Below are positions 12,761-24,919 of a stretch of 64,000 nucleotides of DNA, one piece after another; position 1 is the first letter of the stretch, and each line of letters starts with the position of its first letter. The stretch comes from Psammoneis japonica (lineage: Eukaryota). The notes beneath the pieces are model-generated. The model did not search any database, was not told the DNA's origin, and saw only the letters and a program-made list of their open reading frames with translations. Location: contig QPGO01000135.1 in the NCBI GenBank assembly GCA_008632985.1, positions 62,001-126,000 of the forward strand, given 5' to 3'. Both the position numbers and the translations under genes were made by a program.

Positions 12761-13989
12761 TTGTTTTTGTCGGTAGGAACGATGCTTGTCCCGCAAATCG
12801 CACTTCATTTTCTCATCACAGAGGAGTGCACAAGAAACCAGGATGAAGGCGTTTCATTCAGGAACATGTTGTCCATGGAAGGTCGGCACAGGCGTGACAA
12901 GCGTGTCCCACGTCCAAGTCTTCAGGACCCGAGTTCGTCCGCCTTTCGGCACATGCATGAATCTAACAACGACCAAGCTCTCATTTCCGTGGCGGGTTGC
13001 GATCATGATTCCTTTGAGGTTCTGTTGAAGATGTTTCAGCCATTTACGACAGACACACACCATACACCACCACTGGATTTATCGAGCAACTGCCCGAAAG
13101 GCCTGCAAGGCGTGGACGGCCACGTTCCCTGGACGCCATTGGATGCCTCGGGTTGGTGCTAACTTGGCATCGGACAAAAGGGGCTGTTTCTCGGTCTCTT
13201 TGCATGACATTTGGCCTTGTGAACACAGTCATGTCTGACTTTTTACAGTTTGGACGACGGGTGCTGCTTTTTGCTTTGCAAGATCATCCAGATGTGAAGA
13301 TAGAGATTCCATCAGCCGCAAGGACATTGGAATGTATCGCTGCAATAGAAGCAAAGCACCCTCATGCTGAAGGTGTTTGGGCTGCACTTGATGGACTGAA
13401 GTCACCCATGGAAGCCTCAGAGGATGACAGAACTCAGAACATGTTTTACAACGGATGGACGCATGGTCATCATTTGAATGGCACATTTCTTTTCAACGCG
13501 GAAGGGAAGATTCCCATTTGCAGCATCAATTCTCCTGGAGCATGGCACGACTCAATGCAAGCTGACCACGGCCTTGTCTGCCACAAGTGTGAGCAAGTGC
13601 ACAGGGAAACTGGAGCCAAGGCAGTGGTGGACTCTGCCTTTAATTTAGGTGACAAAGAGTGCTTCATCAAGTCATCTCAACAAGACGCCATGAATGCAGA
13701 AGACCTTCTTGTGGGCCGAGATGCCACGTCTGTTCGGCAGCTTTCTGAATGGGGAATGCGAGCCATTCAGGGAAGCAATCCGCGACTCACGGAAAAGATC
13801 ATGCATGAAGAACAGGGGGAGCGCAGGATCATAATTCATCTTGTGGTTCTGCTGCACAACTTTCGTGCTGCTCAAGTTGGCATGAATCAAATTACCAACG
13901 TGCACATGCCACAAATGTCGGTTGATGCTAATTGCATCTTAGATCAGTTTCGCCACGATAATGAAGAAGACCAAACCAACAAAAACTGA
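12761..13989 (+). pseudogene. Harbinger DDE transposase (DDE_Tnp_4-like), frameshifted near 13050
   Basis: WAALDGLK, FYNGWTHGH, PGAWHDS, VVDSAF, RQLSEWGMR, LLHNFR motifs. Confidence 0.88.
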
Positions 13990-14033
13990 GCTACAACAAT
14001 TAAATCCCAATCCTAATGACACACACTTGGTTT

Positions 14034-15085
14034 CTACTCGTCGTCGTCAGAGTTGTGGGAGGAGCGCATGTACGCCGTGATGGCACCAGCAATCACTCCC
14101 GTCAACATGTTGGTCATCTGACCACGCTGCTCATGCTCCTCCTGGCGACGCAAACGTTCTTCCTCCATGTGCATCTGATGCTGCATGATGGACATCTGAA
14201 AAAGTTCAGACATCTCACTGCTGGCGGGAGTTACAGTGCGCCTGCGATTGCCGGATGACACAAGAGGACGTGGGGTGCGGGTGCGCAAGCTGAAGGAATC
14301 GGCATCATGTCCTGCTGGTCCCCCACCACGAGGGATGCTGCATCCAGAACCGCCGACACCGCGTCCAGAACCGCCGACACCACGTGTAGAACCGCCGAAA
14401 CCGCGTGTAGAACCGCCGACACCGCGTCCACGCTCTTGTACACCGGCACCACGCTCTTGTACGCCACCACCATGATCCTCGTCCACGTTGGCACGTTGAG
14501 CCATGTTGGCGAGATTCGCCAGTTGCTCCAGAGGTGCACGGTTTTTTGACGGCGTGGCACAGCAGCTTGAGCACCCATGACATGCTCAAGGTCCTCATTG
14601 GGAAGGGGTGGCCTTTCAAACTCAGCCGCATCTTCCTCATCATCAGGCACATCAGGCGGAGGAAAATCATCTTCTTCAACTGGAGGAGCTGGCGGATCCT
14701 CAACTGGAGGAGCTGGCGGATCATCGTCGAGCACGCGGTCGACGTCAGTCAATTGACTGAATTCACCTGCATGAAGGTCAAACCTTTCCGTGCCATCACT
14801 GATGTCTGCCCTTTGGCTGATGGCATGCTTGACCCGTTTCGCAAGCTTGACATCAACTGGGCAGTTGGGATCACCTGTCTTGACTTTCTTGCGATGGAGC
14901 TGAGAAAACTTGCATCGGATCGATTCGACAGTGTGAACGTTGTCGCCATCATAATTGGTGTTGTGCTCATCGGCGACCTCATCCCACTCGTCCCCACCAA
15001 TGGGCAACCTGCGCATCATGATGTTGAGGAAGTGAATGTTCTCATCCCTCGAGCAGTTGGATGAGCGGCTCCGAGCTTGAGACAT
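14034..15085 (-). pseudogene. Harbinger accessory Myb/SANT-like (DUF6818-like) protein, frameshifted near 14530
   Basis: SNCSRDE...LPIGGDEWDEVADEH...ESIRCKFSQLH...TGDPNCP N-terminus, acidic Pro-rich linker, C-terminal coiled coil; lies inside the TIRs. Confidence 0.75.
14346..14471. repeat. 21-bp coding tandem repeat (six units, two types)
   Basis: agaaccgccgacaccgcgtcc-type x4 then acgctcttgtacaccggcacc-type x2; encodes GGSTRGV-like heptads on -. Confidence 0.9.
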
Positions 15086-15160
15086 GATGAAGATGATTGA
15101 GCTGCTGGCAGCACACGTCAGAAAAATATGGGAAAATCGAAACTTCAGAATGGACCTTAC

Positions 15161-15223
15161 AAAAATCCTGGCGCGGCCATCAGAAATCCTGGCGCGGCTC
15201 CCCAAAATTCTGGCGCGACTGGC
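15161..15223. repeat. Three 21-bp subterminal repeats upstream of the Harbinger accessory gene
   Basis: aaat(c/t)ctggcgcg core at 21-bp period. Confidence 0.75.
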
Positions 15224-16997
15224 AAACGGGCTCGTCATCGTTGTTCTGATGTCTCAGGGCCGCAAGAACAACATCTGCAACAGCTGTCGAAACAGTTGCA
15301 TGATGTCCTCGAAGTGATGACATCATCAGAATTTTTTTTTTAGATTTTGAGATTCCCTCGAGTTCATGTCACGAGACACAAACCTGGCAGACGTGACCTC
15401 ACATCTTCCAGATTCATGTAAAAAAGACATAAATCCATGTGCTCATGACCCAACAATTTCATGTCTTGTCAACATGAATTTATGTTTTTGTGTTTTCCGG
15501 AGCAACCCACTCACGATCTTGCATTGGCCTCTGCACAATCTGATGCCACAGCTGATGCAGCCAATGCTGACCCCATTCTGGCTCATCTCACCAGGTGCAA
15601 GCCTCTGCCACCCCGTGACTTGCAACGTCTCCTTGCACCTGAGCTGCCTCCTTCTGCCCATTCTGGAGAGAAACCCCCCAGATCTGTGCCTTCCGTCTGC
15701 TCCGACTTGAAGCCCGACAACACTGACAATGAGATCAATGGTCATGAACACCATCATGTCAACAACCACAATGTCATCTGCTCTGCCTTGACCCACAAAT
15801 CCACTCGCAAAGGCGCCCACGTGAATCGCGGTGCAAACAGTGGTGTTGCCGGTGATGATGTTCATGTCATTGCTCGCGCTGGTTGCCAGGTTGATGTCCA
15901 AGGTGTCCACAATCACCAGCTGGTCGACGTTGCCATTGTTGCTGCCGGTGGCGTCATCCACACACAACGTGGCCCCATCATCACCACCCTTCACCAGCAT
16001 GCCTGCACTGGAAAGGGCAAGACCATGCATTCTTGCAGTTGGCTTGAGCAGCACAAACATGACATCAACGATCGGTCCATCAAGGTCCCCAACGGTCTGC
16101 AGCGCATCACCACATTGATGGATGTGTCATCCCCATTGACATCAAAGGCGGCCTTCCGCACATCGCCATGCTCCCGCACACTGATGCCAAATGGGACACC
16201 TTGCCACACGTCGTCCTCACAGGTGATGACACTTGGGACCCATCTGTCCTCAACCACCAGCTTGCCGACAATGAGATGCATCATGATGCTGCATCTGACC
16301 TCCAGGCTGACCCGACTGCCAACCTCTTTGATGAGTTCGGCAACCATCACCACCATCATGTCATCAGCAATGCCATGCTTGTGGACTCCGTCCTTGATGA
16401 CCACCTGCTCCCGATGCCCGATTTCTTCTGCAAATGCCATGAGCATGAGATTGATCTAAAGGATCCTAACTTTGAGTCTCTGTGCCCTTGTTTTGGCTTT
16501 CTTCCAAAGGACACTGTCTGCCGCACTTTTGATTGCACGACACACAGCACGCACTTGAAAAAGGCGCGCAAGTCGCCCAACCCGGCTCTTGACGTCCACT
16601 GATGCAATGAACCCGTTGCCACCGACACGGTGCACTCTGACACCCCCGCTGTTGACTCCAGCTGCACCAGTGCCCAGCTCTTTGTTGGCACCAAATCCCT
16701 TGTCATGGACGTGTGCGGAGCCAAGACCGACAAGAATTTGTCAATGCGCTTGAAGACAACGTTCCCAATCGTGGTGCCCCGTCCAAGCTCATCAGCAACT
16801 GTGCTCAAGTTGAGATCAGCAACAAGGTCCTCGGCATCCTCTGTGCCCTTTTCATCCCCAGTTGGCAGAGCAAGCCTCATCAACAGCACCAGAGTTTTGC
16901 TGAACATTGCTGCCAAGCTGTGGAGACCATGGCCAACACCGCCGTGGATCGCTTCGGGTCCCCGGCTTGCACCTGGCCACTCGCCCTGATGTGCATG

Positions 16998-17229
16998 TGC
17001 AACACACAGCCACTTGTGAGAGCCAATGCATCACGGCAACGTGTTGCAGTTTAAATGTCACAAAGGTCATGACAAGGGTGACCTTTTGTCTGCATGCATG
17101 CTGCACCATGAATTCATGGCAGAGTGGTTCATTGTGCAACCATCAGGCAGAAGGCCAGGGGTTCGAAACCCTGAGTGGGAGTTGTCTGCAGCAACGTTGA
17201 TCACTGTCGAACGCGCAAAACTCTGCACA
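16998..17229 (+). mobile_element. Truncated TRIM (5' LTR plus tRNA-like segment)
   Basis: Matches 45848-46080 and sits at the same site in copia B integrase. Confidence 0.85.
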
Positions 17230-17343
17230 AAACAAAACCAAACATCTGTGTTTAAGGTGCTGCTGCGCTCCCGCCCCGCAACTCCGGCAACAAGCTAACC
17301 CACACCCCCAGTGCACCAACAGCGCGGCAGGGGCATGTGGCGA

Positions 17344-18360
17344 TCAGCTGGGGCTGGCATCGCCCTGGGGTGATGCCGCACTGAAACAACTTGCAATGGC
17401 TCTTGCACCTCCAACAGCAAGTTGTTTTGCTTCTTTGATGCTTGACTCAAATGTTGGTCTCACCACAGCTGGCCAATTACGAAGATGGTGTGTTGAGTGC
17501 GTCAAATGTTCTTCTGCCGAATCACACAGTCGTGCCTTGTCTTTCGTCAAGTGCTCATCCAATCGTGAACACATGGCCTTCACTTCAGCTTCGGCGTCAC
17601 GACGCTGGGAAGACTTCCATGTCTCGGCATCATGTCCATGGATGGCATCATTGTGGTCATCCCACAACTCCCGCAACTCCCGCTGCTGTTCCCAAATGCA
17701 GACACCTGTTGCAGCTGCCCAATCCAATCGCTTTTCTTGGTCTGAAAGGTTGTGGCAGACACCACTTGCCAACAAATGCGAAGTTTGCGTGATGTTCCAA
17801 GTCTTGGAAAAGCGTCCATTGAACAGTTGATGCCAACCCATCAACACCTGACTCTGGAATGCCATCACCACACTGCAATGAAAGTCATCGATGCAAAGCA
17901 TCTCGCCACAAAACCAAGCTTCAGTGGCAGAAAGCACAAGATCGCGCAAAGACAGAGATGTGTGAGTGTCGTCGCACTTCTTTGCAGGCCTTGCAGGAAT
18001 TTCCGACACCAAGCTTCGTTGTGTGGGCAGCAGAGAATGTGATCTCCATCCTCCATGGGATCTTGACAGTGAGTGCAACAGTCCGGGCATGCTGGATTGT
18101 GTCGGTGGACGATCTCATTTGTTGGAAGCAAGTCCTGCACAAGCTTGACCATGCTGACTTTTCATCGGATGTTGCGGGACATGAGCTCAGCATGTGCACC
18201 CCAATCAATGGAGTCAAAAACTGCATCCGACCAACCACATTTCTCTTTCATGCACCTGACCAGGGATGGGCTGGAAGCTTTGCATCAAATTGCTGGTTTG
18301 CACTTTGCCGACATCGTGGCTCCTCACAGGATCAAGCCAGTGTCACAGTGAGGCATTCAT
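17344..18360 (-). pseudogene. 3' fragment of RNase H-type LINE ORF2 (inverted)
   Basis: IDWGAH, CPDCCTHC..PMEDGDHILCC, Q..MGWHQLFNGRFSK, ELWDDHNDAIHG; homologous to 37500-38380. Confidence 0.75.
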
Positions 18361-19803
18361 GGCGCATGAAGAGTGTCACCTGCACAGTGACCCTGATGCT
18401 GTCCTGCCAGCCAATCTGCTCTTACACTCAGCCGTGCCGCCAAGGGCAGGGAGTCAACGGGCAGTGTGTCATCTTGATGTCCCTTGACCCAATGGACCGA
18501 GATGTCCGTGCCGCACTAACAGGGAGACAACTCAAATGTCTGCCTCATCCTGGATGATTCCGACTGGCCGCCCAAATCCTGTTGATCACACAGTTGCTTT
18601 GCTGGCATTGCTGAGCACATGGGCCACCAAATGACGTTCAAGATTCTTTCTGATGACACTCAGAATGTTCTCTGCCATTCCAATGTGCACTCTGCCTGTG
18701 AGATCCGTCTGCTCCAAGCCTGCGTCTTGATCCTCCTGATGAGAAATCTGCTGCACCCATCATTAAATCCCGGCATGACTCCAAGGATTTGCCGGATTCG
18801 CCAGATGGGGAGGCAATCAGGATGCCCAAAATGCCGGTCTTTGACCCCGAGGACATCATCGGACGTGCCTTCCTCATGAAGCCACAAGAGGATGGACAAC
18901 GCCACAGAGCCCACATCATCAAAGCCATTGAGGACCATGACTGGAAAATTGGAGGCAATCTTGAACTGGTCAAGTTCATTTGCTCCACCAACAATGACGA
19001 ATGTGAGGAAGTCCCAGCCTGCAACAATGTCGTGCACCACATCAAGCAAGAAGAGGAGGACACCACCCTCTGGAAGTTCCAGTGCATCGCATCACACGAA
19101 GGACCATTGCCACCCCATGATCCCTCCTGAAAAGGCTCAAGCCACAACGTCATGCTTGAATGGGAGAGTGGGGAGATCACATCCAAACCCCTTGCCGTCA
19201 TTGCCAATGATGATCCCATCAACAAGCCAAGTTGCGCTCCTTTTGAAATGCGCCACGATGCAAGTGTGGGTGTGAAGTGCCGCAGGACTGCAAGCATGCC
19301 TTGGCCCTCGATGAGCGCAACGGCAGCTGCAAGTGGGGAGGTGCAACGGACCTCGAGATGACTCAGCTTGATGAGCATGAGTTCTTCCATGACTGCAGAC
19401 ATTGCAAAGATTCCAGCACTCCGCTGGGACACAAGAAGATCTGGGTGCATCTTGTCTGCGATGTCAAACATGATGGACAGCACAAAGCAAGGCTTGTTGC
19501 TGATGGACACCTCACAGACGTGCCCGTCGACAGTGTCTGTTCCAGAGCAGTGTCTCTTCGCGGCCTGCGAATGATGATCTTCCTGGCCGAACTCAACAAA
19601 CTGGAGACTTGGGCCACCAACAATGGGAGTGCCTCTCTTGAAGCTGCGACCAAGGAGAAACTGTGCATTGCAGCAGGCCCTGAATTCGGCGAGCTGGAAG
19701 GACACATCCTTGTCATCCACAAGGCCTTGTGCCGACTCTGCAGCTCTGGCCTCAGATGGCATGAACGCTTTGCCGATTGCTTGCATGCTGAAGGCTTCTT
19801 CCC

Positions 19804-20198
19804 GACGCGTTCCAGCCCTAGGTGGGAGCTCGTAGCACTGACGTGTGACACAAATAATTTTTATCATCCGTCGTATGTTTCGCACGTAGATTTCTACGTG
19901 TGACATTTAAAAAAATTGTCCAGACTCGCTGTTTTGCGAAGCCCCAGACGTTTTACATAATGAATTTATAGAAACAACAATGCGCCAGTTACATTCTTCA
20001 ATGTCTGAAGAATGTAACTGGCCAAGTAAAAAATGATGTACTTCAATCATGGGCGAGTTTGTGCATTCGCAAAATTGCCTCATTTTCTGTTGGCGATCAT
20101 TGACATTTTAATTGCCGAATAATTTTACTACGGAGCTTGCACGTAGAAGTCTACGGGCCCAATGTCACACGGATTCCCACCTGCGTCTGGAACGCGTC
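19804..20198. mobile_element. MITE, TpA-retaining copy
   Basis: TIR GACGCGTTCCAG...CTGGAACGCGTC; 4-bp TSD TCCC; inserted in copia RT (empty site at 20331-20350). Confidence 0.93.
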
Positions 20199-20602
20199 TC
20201 CCGTGCAAGCCAAACCCAAATGGTTCATTTGCAACGTAGGATGAGCAAGAGGTGGCGCGCCATCCGACCCAGATGCACAAGCTTCTGGGCCTTGTGCAGA
20301 CTCCGCAGCTCTGGCCTCAGATGGCATGAAGGCTTCTTCCCATGCAAAGCCAAACCCAACATCTGGCTGCACAGGAATGGTCCGTTTGCAACGTGGGATG
20401 AGCAAGAGGTGGCGCACCATCCGACCAAGATGCGCGAGCTTCTGCAGCTGTCGGGCTTCTCAGAATTGTCCATCAGCCCGCTGGGTTGGCCACCTCAGCC
20501 AATTTTCATGCAAGGGCTCCAACGAACACTGGCAATTGCAGCGATTGCCCATGTGATCACTGTTTTGTTTCATGCCAAGGCACCATCGCACCCCGCTGTC
20601 CC

Positions 20603-20998
20603 GACGCGTTCCAGCTCTGGGTGGGACCTCGCACTGCTGAGTTGCGACACAATCATTTTTTGTCATCCATTGCATGTTTCGCGTGCACATTTCTGTGTGT
20701 TCTGTTGTAAAAAATTGTTCCACGCTGCCTGTTTTGCGAAGCCAAATGCTTTCTGTTGTGCACATCTGTGACAACAAAAATGCACTGGGCGTGTTCTTTG
20801 GCGACTGAAGAATGTGCCCAGACACACTGCAAAGAATGTGCTTCAAGTGTTGAGGAGGAGATGCGTTCGCAAAATTGACTCTGTTTCTGTTGGCGATCAT
20901 TGACACATGCATTGCTTGACAATTTTACTGTGGAGCTTGCATGCAGAATTCTGCAGGCCCAATGTCACAAAAAGTCCCACCTGGGGCTGGAACCCTTC
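20603..20998. mobile_element. MITE
   Basis: Same TIR family; TSD TCCC; empty site at 32141-32155. Confidence 0.9.
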
Positions 20999-21002
20999 TC
21001 CC

Positions 21003-24000
21003 AGTTGATCCAGGACACCAGAACATCGGCGCTGCTGCTCCCACCCTGGCCTCAATCACTTCCACCACTTCAGGCTTTTCATCTGCCCAGATGATGTCAT
21101 TCCTGAGCCACTCAGTCAAGAGTGCCATGAAGCTCTGGTTTTTTGTCGTCAAGCCCAGGAAATGTTTGGTGATGCCAACAAACAGCAGCTCAACAAAGCC
21201 GCCCTTGAAGCCAACGACGACTCTTCTGTTGTTTCAGGCCAGTCAGCTGCTCTCTGAAGTTTCTTCCTTGCTTTGCTGCATTCTCCGTCTGCATCTTTCA
21301 CAGTGCACCTCATTTCTGCATTTTGTTTCTCTCTTTCAGTTTTGCAAACATTCGCCAAAGTTTGTTTTGCACTTGAGCTGAGTTCTGTGCTTCACCCATT
21401 TCCCATTTCCCATTTTCCCTTCAGCCTCACCTTTTGGCCTTTGCTTGCTGTCCACTGCCCGAACCCTGTCAAATTGACACACAATTTTTTGTTTGGCGGT
21501 GTCATGTTTTTGTGTCAGTTTGTCTGTGGGTGTGTCATTTCCATGCTGACCTGACATTGATTTTTGTGCTTGGCAGTGTCATGTTGTCCGTGCCCCCCTT
21601 TCCCATTTCCTTTTCCCCGCTCCCATTTGTCATGAGAGGGGAGGCTTGATCAGCTGGGCTGCTCGTTTCAGCACTCAAATGCCAAGCATGGCAGCAGCCA
21701 TCAAGGCCGGCCACATGATGATCGTCATTGCAGCCTCTGCTGCAATCAAGCATCTGCACCCCGGCCACAACGCAGAAGATCCGGTGCCAATGGTTTGGTT
21801 CCTGGACAGAGCGGCACATCCACATGACTTTCTTGAATTGGCAAAAACATGTCGGTCCTCAAGCCCTCCGTGGCAGCGCAATCCGTCGCCACTGAGCACA
21901 ATTTCTCTGCCAAAGCGAGCCAGCTCATCAAGTCTCGTTCGGCGATCAAACCACTTGATGGGCACCCGCACTTCCCCTCTGCATTCCTGGCCCCAAGTGT
22001 CGTGCATTCATGAAAGGAACAACCTTTTTGTCAGGTGCCGTTTGCAGTGTGGGATGGGCAAGAGGTTGTGTGCCATCCGATCCAGATGCGCGAGCTTCTG
22101 TGGCTGCCGGGCTTCTTGGAGCTGTCCATCGGCCGATTGGGTGTGCCAACAGAGCTGACTCTCATGCAAGGACTCCAACAAGCACTGGAAATTGCAGCAG
22201 CCACCCATGTGACCACTGTTTTGTTTCATGCCAAGGTGCCATTGCACCACGCTGTCCCAGTTGACCCAGGACAACAGAGCATCAACACCGCCATTCCCGC
22301 CCCGGCTGCACTCACGTTGGCGGCCACACCGCTTGACACAGCAACAATGTTGTTTCTTCCATCGGATTGTTTGCTTGCCAGCTGTGCCATGTACAAAGCA
22401 CATGAGCAACTTCACTTGCTGCCATGCAATGAACCATGGTCAGCGGTCTTTTAGATTTTTGGTCTCCTGGCAGAGTGCCATCAATGGCAGGGGACATCAA
22501 AATCCTTGCATGTCTGGATGGCATGACAAGTGTTGCCCTCGTGGGCTGCTTCTAAAAAATTGTTTTTTTGGAAGAGGCAGCACGTGTGGTGACAGCAAAG
22601 TTCTCTGTGGCGGCGGGGTTGCCCCGGTTGATTGTGGCGGATGCGGGCTCACTCTTTGCGGGCATCTTTGCCCAGCTGTTCGAAATCATCCAAGTTCCAG
22701 TGTTGCCAGTGCTGCAAGAAAATCATCGGGTGGCATGCAATGAGCAGCTCAACTGACATTTAAACAAGTTGGTGTGTGTCAATGTGGCCAACACATTGTC
22801 AATGGCATTGTGGAAGCAAGCAGCGCATTTCACCTTTTGCGCCTGGGGTGCATCGCCAACCAACACAATGGATCTGCCCGGATCGAATTGCGAGTGAGTT
22901 GAGGCTCAATTGTTGGTGCTGACAGATTGAGTCTTCTTGTGCCGCACTGCAGCCTCCATCAAGCATCTTCATTGTTGTGGCAGATGCCGCAGACTGTGGT
23001 CCTCATCACTCGTCAAAGCTCACTTTGTGCTTGAGCTGAGTTCTGCACTTTGCCCATTTTCCATTTCCTTTTCCCTTCTTGGCTTTGCTTTCCCTTCAGC
23101 CTCACCTTTTGGCCTTTGCCCACTGTCCACTGCCCGAACCCTGTCAAATTGACACACAATTTTTTGTTTGGCCATGTCATTTTTTTTGTCAGTTTGTCTG
23201 CAGGTGTGTCATTTCCATGCTGACCTGACATTGATTTTTGTGCTTGGTGGTGTCACATTGTCCATGCTCCCCTTTCCCATTTCCTTTTCCCCGCTCCTGT
23301 TTGTCATGTGAGGGAAGGCTTGATCAGCTGGGCTGCTTGTTTCAGCACTCAAATGCCAAGCATTGTGGCGGCCATCGAGGCTGGCCACATGATGGTGGTC
23401 ATTGCAGCCTCTGCTGCGATCACGCAGCTGCGCCCCGGCGACATTGCAGAAGATCCGTTTGTCTGTGGGTGTGTCATTTCCATGTTGACCTGACATTGAT
23501 TTTTGTGCTTGGCAGTGTCATGCTGTCCGTGCCCCCTTTCCCATTGCCTTTTCCCCGCTCCCACTTGTCATGTGAGGGGAGGCTTCATCAGCTGGGCTGC
23601 TTGTTTCAGCACTCAAATGCCAAGCATGGCAGCAGCCATCAAGGCCGGCCACATGATGGCCATCATTGCATCCTCTGCTGCAATCAAGCAGCTGCAACCC
23701 GGAGACATTGCAGAAGATCGGGCCCCGATGGTTTGGTTCCTGGACAGAGCGGCACACCCACATGACTTTCTTGAATTGGCAAAAACATGTCGGTCCTCAA
23801 GCCCTCTGCGGCAGCGCGATCCGTCGCCACCAAACACAAGTTCTCTGCTCAAGCGAGCCAGCTCATCAAGTCTCACTTGGCGATCAAACCACTCGATGGG
23901 CACCTGCGCTTCCCCTCTGCATTCCTGGCCCCAAGTGTCATGCATTCATGAAAGGAACAACCTTTTTGTCAGGTGCCGTTTGCAGTGTGGGATGGGCAAG

Positions 24001-24449
24001 AGGTTGTGTGCCACCCGATCCAGATGCGCAAGCTTCTGTGGCTGCCGGGCTTCTTGGAGCTGTCCATCGGCCGATTGGGTGTGCCAACAGAGCTGATTCT
24101 CATGCAAGGACTCCAACAAGCACTGGAAATTGCAGCAGCCACCCATGTGACCACTGTTTTGTTTCATGCCAAGGCGCCATTGCACCACGCTGTCCCAGTT
24201 GACCCAGGACAACAGAGCATCATCGCCGCCATTCCCGCCCCGGCTGCACTCACGTTGGCAGCCATGCCACTTGACACAGCAACAATGTTGTTTCTTCCGT
24301 CGGATTGTGTGCTTGCCAGATGCACCTTGTACAAAGCACATGTGCAACTTTGCTTGCTGCCACGCAATGAACCATGGTCAGCGGTCTTTTGGATTTTTGG
24401 TCTCCTGGCAGCGTGCCATCAATGGCAGGGGACACCAAAATCCTTGCAC
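21003..24449. repeat. Tandem and rearranged copies of repeat family A
   Basis: 21775-23220 and 23715-24449 repeat the 60-1500 block; the ccatgctgacctgacattgattttt module occurs at about 21541, 23215 and 23480. Confidence 0.8.
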
Positions 24450-24880
24450 TGCCCTGTGCATGTGCCAGGCGCTGAAAAAGAAGATGTGTTACGACTTTGT
24501 CGTTGTGAAAATTATGAGCTGGTTTAGAGCAGAGAAAATGGGATCGTGTGAACAGGGAATCTTGCCAAATCCCTGTTGTTCGCATTTGGATCGCATCAAA
24601 TCGATCGTGCATTCGCATCATGGATCGTGCGAATCAAGCCATCACGCGCCATGCACGAGTGATGTCATCGTGTGGAATCACGCTACCATCGTGGGCCAGA
24701 CGACGGGCTAGTGTGCTTCACACGGATGCTCTCTTAGCATCCTTCTGGAATTGCCTGAGACCTAGAGCCACGCCCTCCTGTGGTCGTGCTTCCCAGGTGC
24801 GTGTCAACAATGCTACGTTGCCACGTGCAAGAGGCTCACACACGGTCTCACCGTGTTGTCCAGCAGCGAGGCACACTGCA
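24450..24880 (-). repeat. 3' LTR of gypsy
   Basis: Direct repeat of 29315-29724. Confidence 0.93.
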
Positions 24881-24919
24881 CACTCCCCCATGATCAGGGC
24901 CGTTAAGTGACAGGATGTC

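Larger units (their letters stand above)
12563..15508. mobile_element. PIF/Harbinger DNA transposon with two convergent genes
   Basis: Imperfect ~31-bp TIRs (gggccgctccaaaaaacacaaacccataaat and atttatgtttttgtgttttccggagcaaccc); 3-bp TSD ACT (12560-12562, 15509-15511); empty site at 43979-43995. Confidence 0.92.
10174..20385 (+). mobile_element. Fragmented CoDi-like Ty1/copia (copia B, copy 1), interrupted by Harbinger, TRIM, LINE and MITE
   Basis: 5' LTR 10174-10418 (tgacagg...ctgtca); gag 11223-12560; protease-like NRGANSG at about 15825; integrase 16600-16990 and 18550-19220; RT HKARLVADG, VIHKALC at 19440-19800; colinear with 47019-53795. Confidence 0.88.

Noticed and set aside
14346..15223. 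CRISPR-like array from the 21-bp periodic repeats
   Set aside because: Head-to-tail repeats without unique spacers, inside a eukaryotic Harbinger element, with no cas genes.
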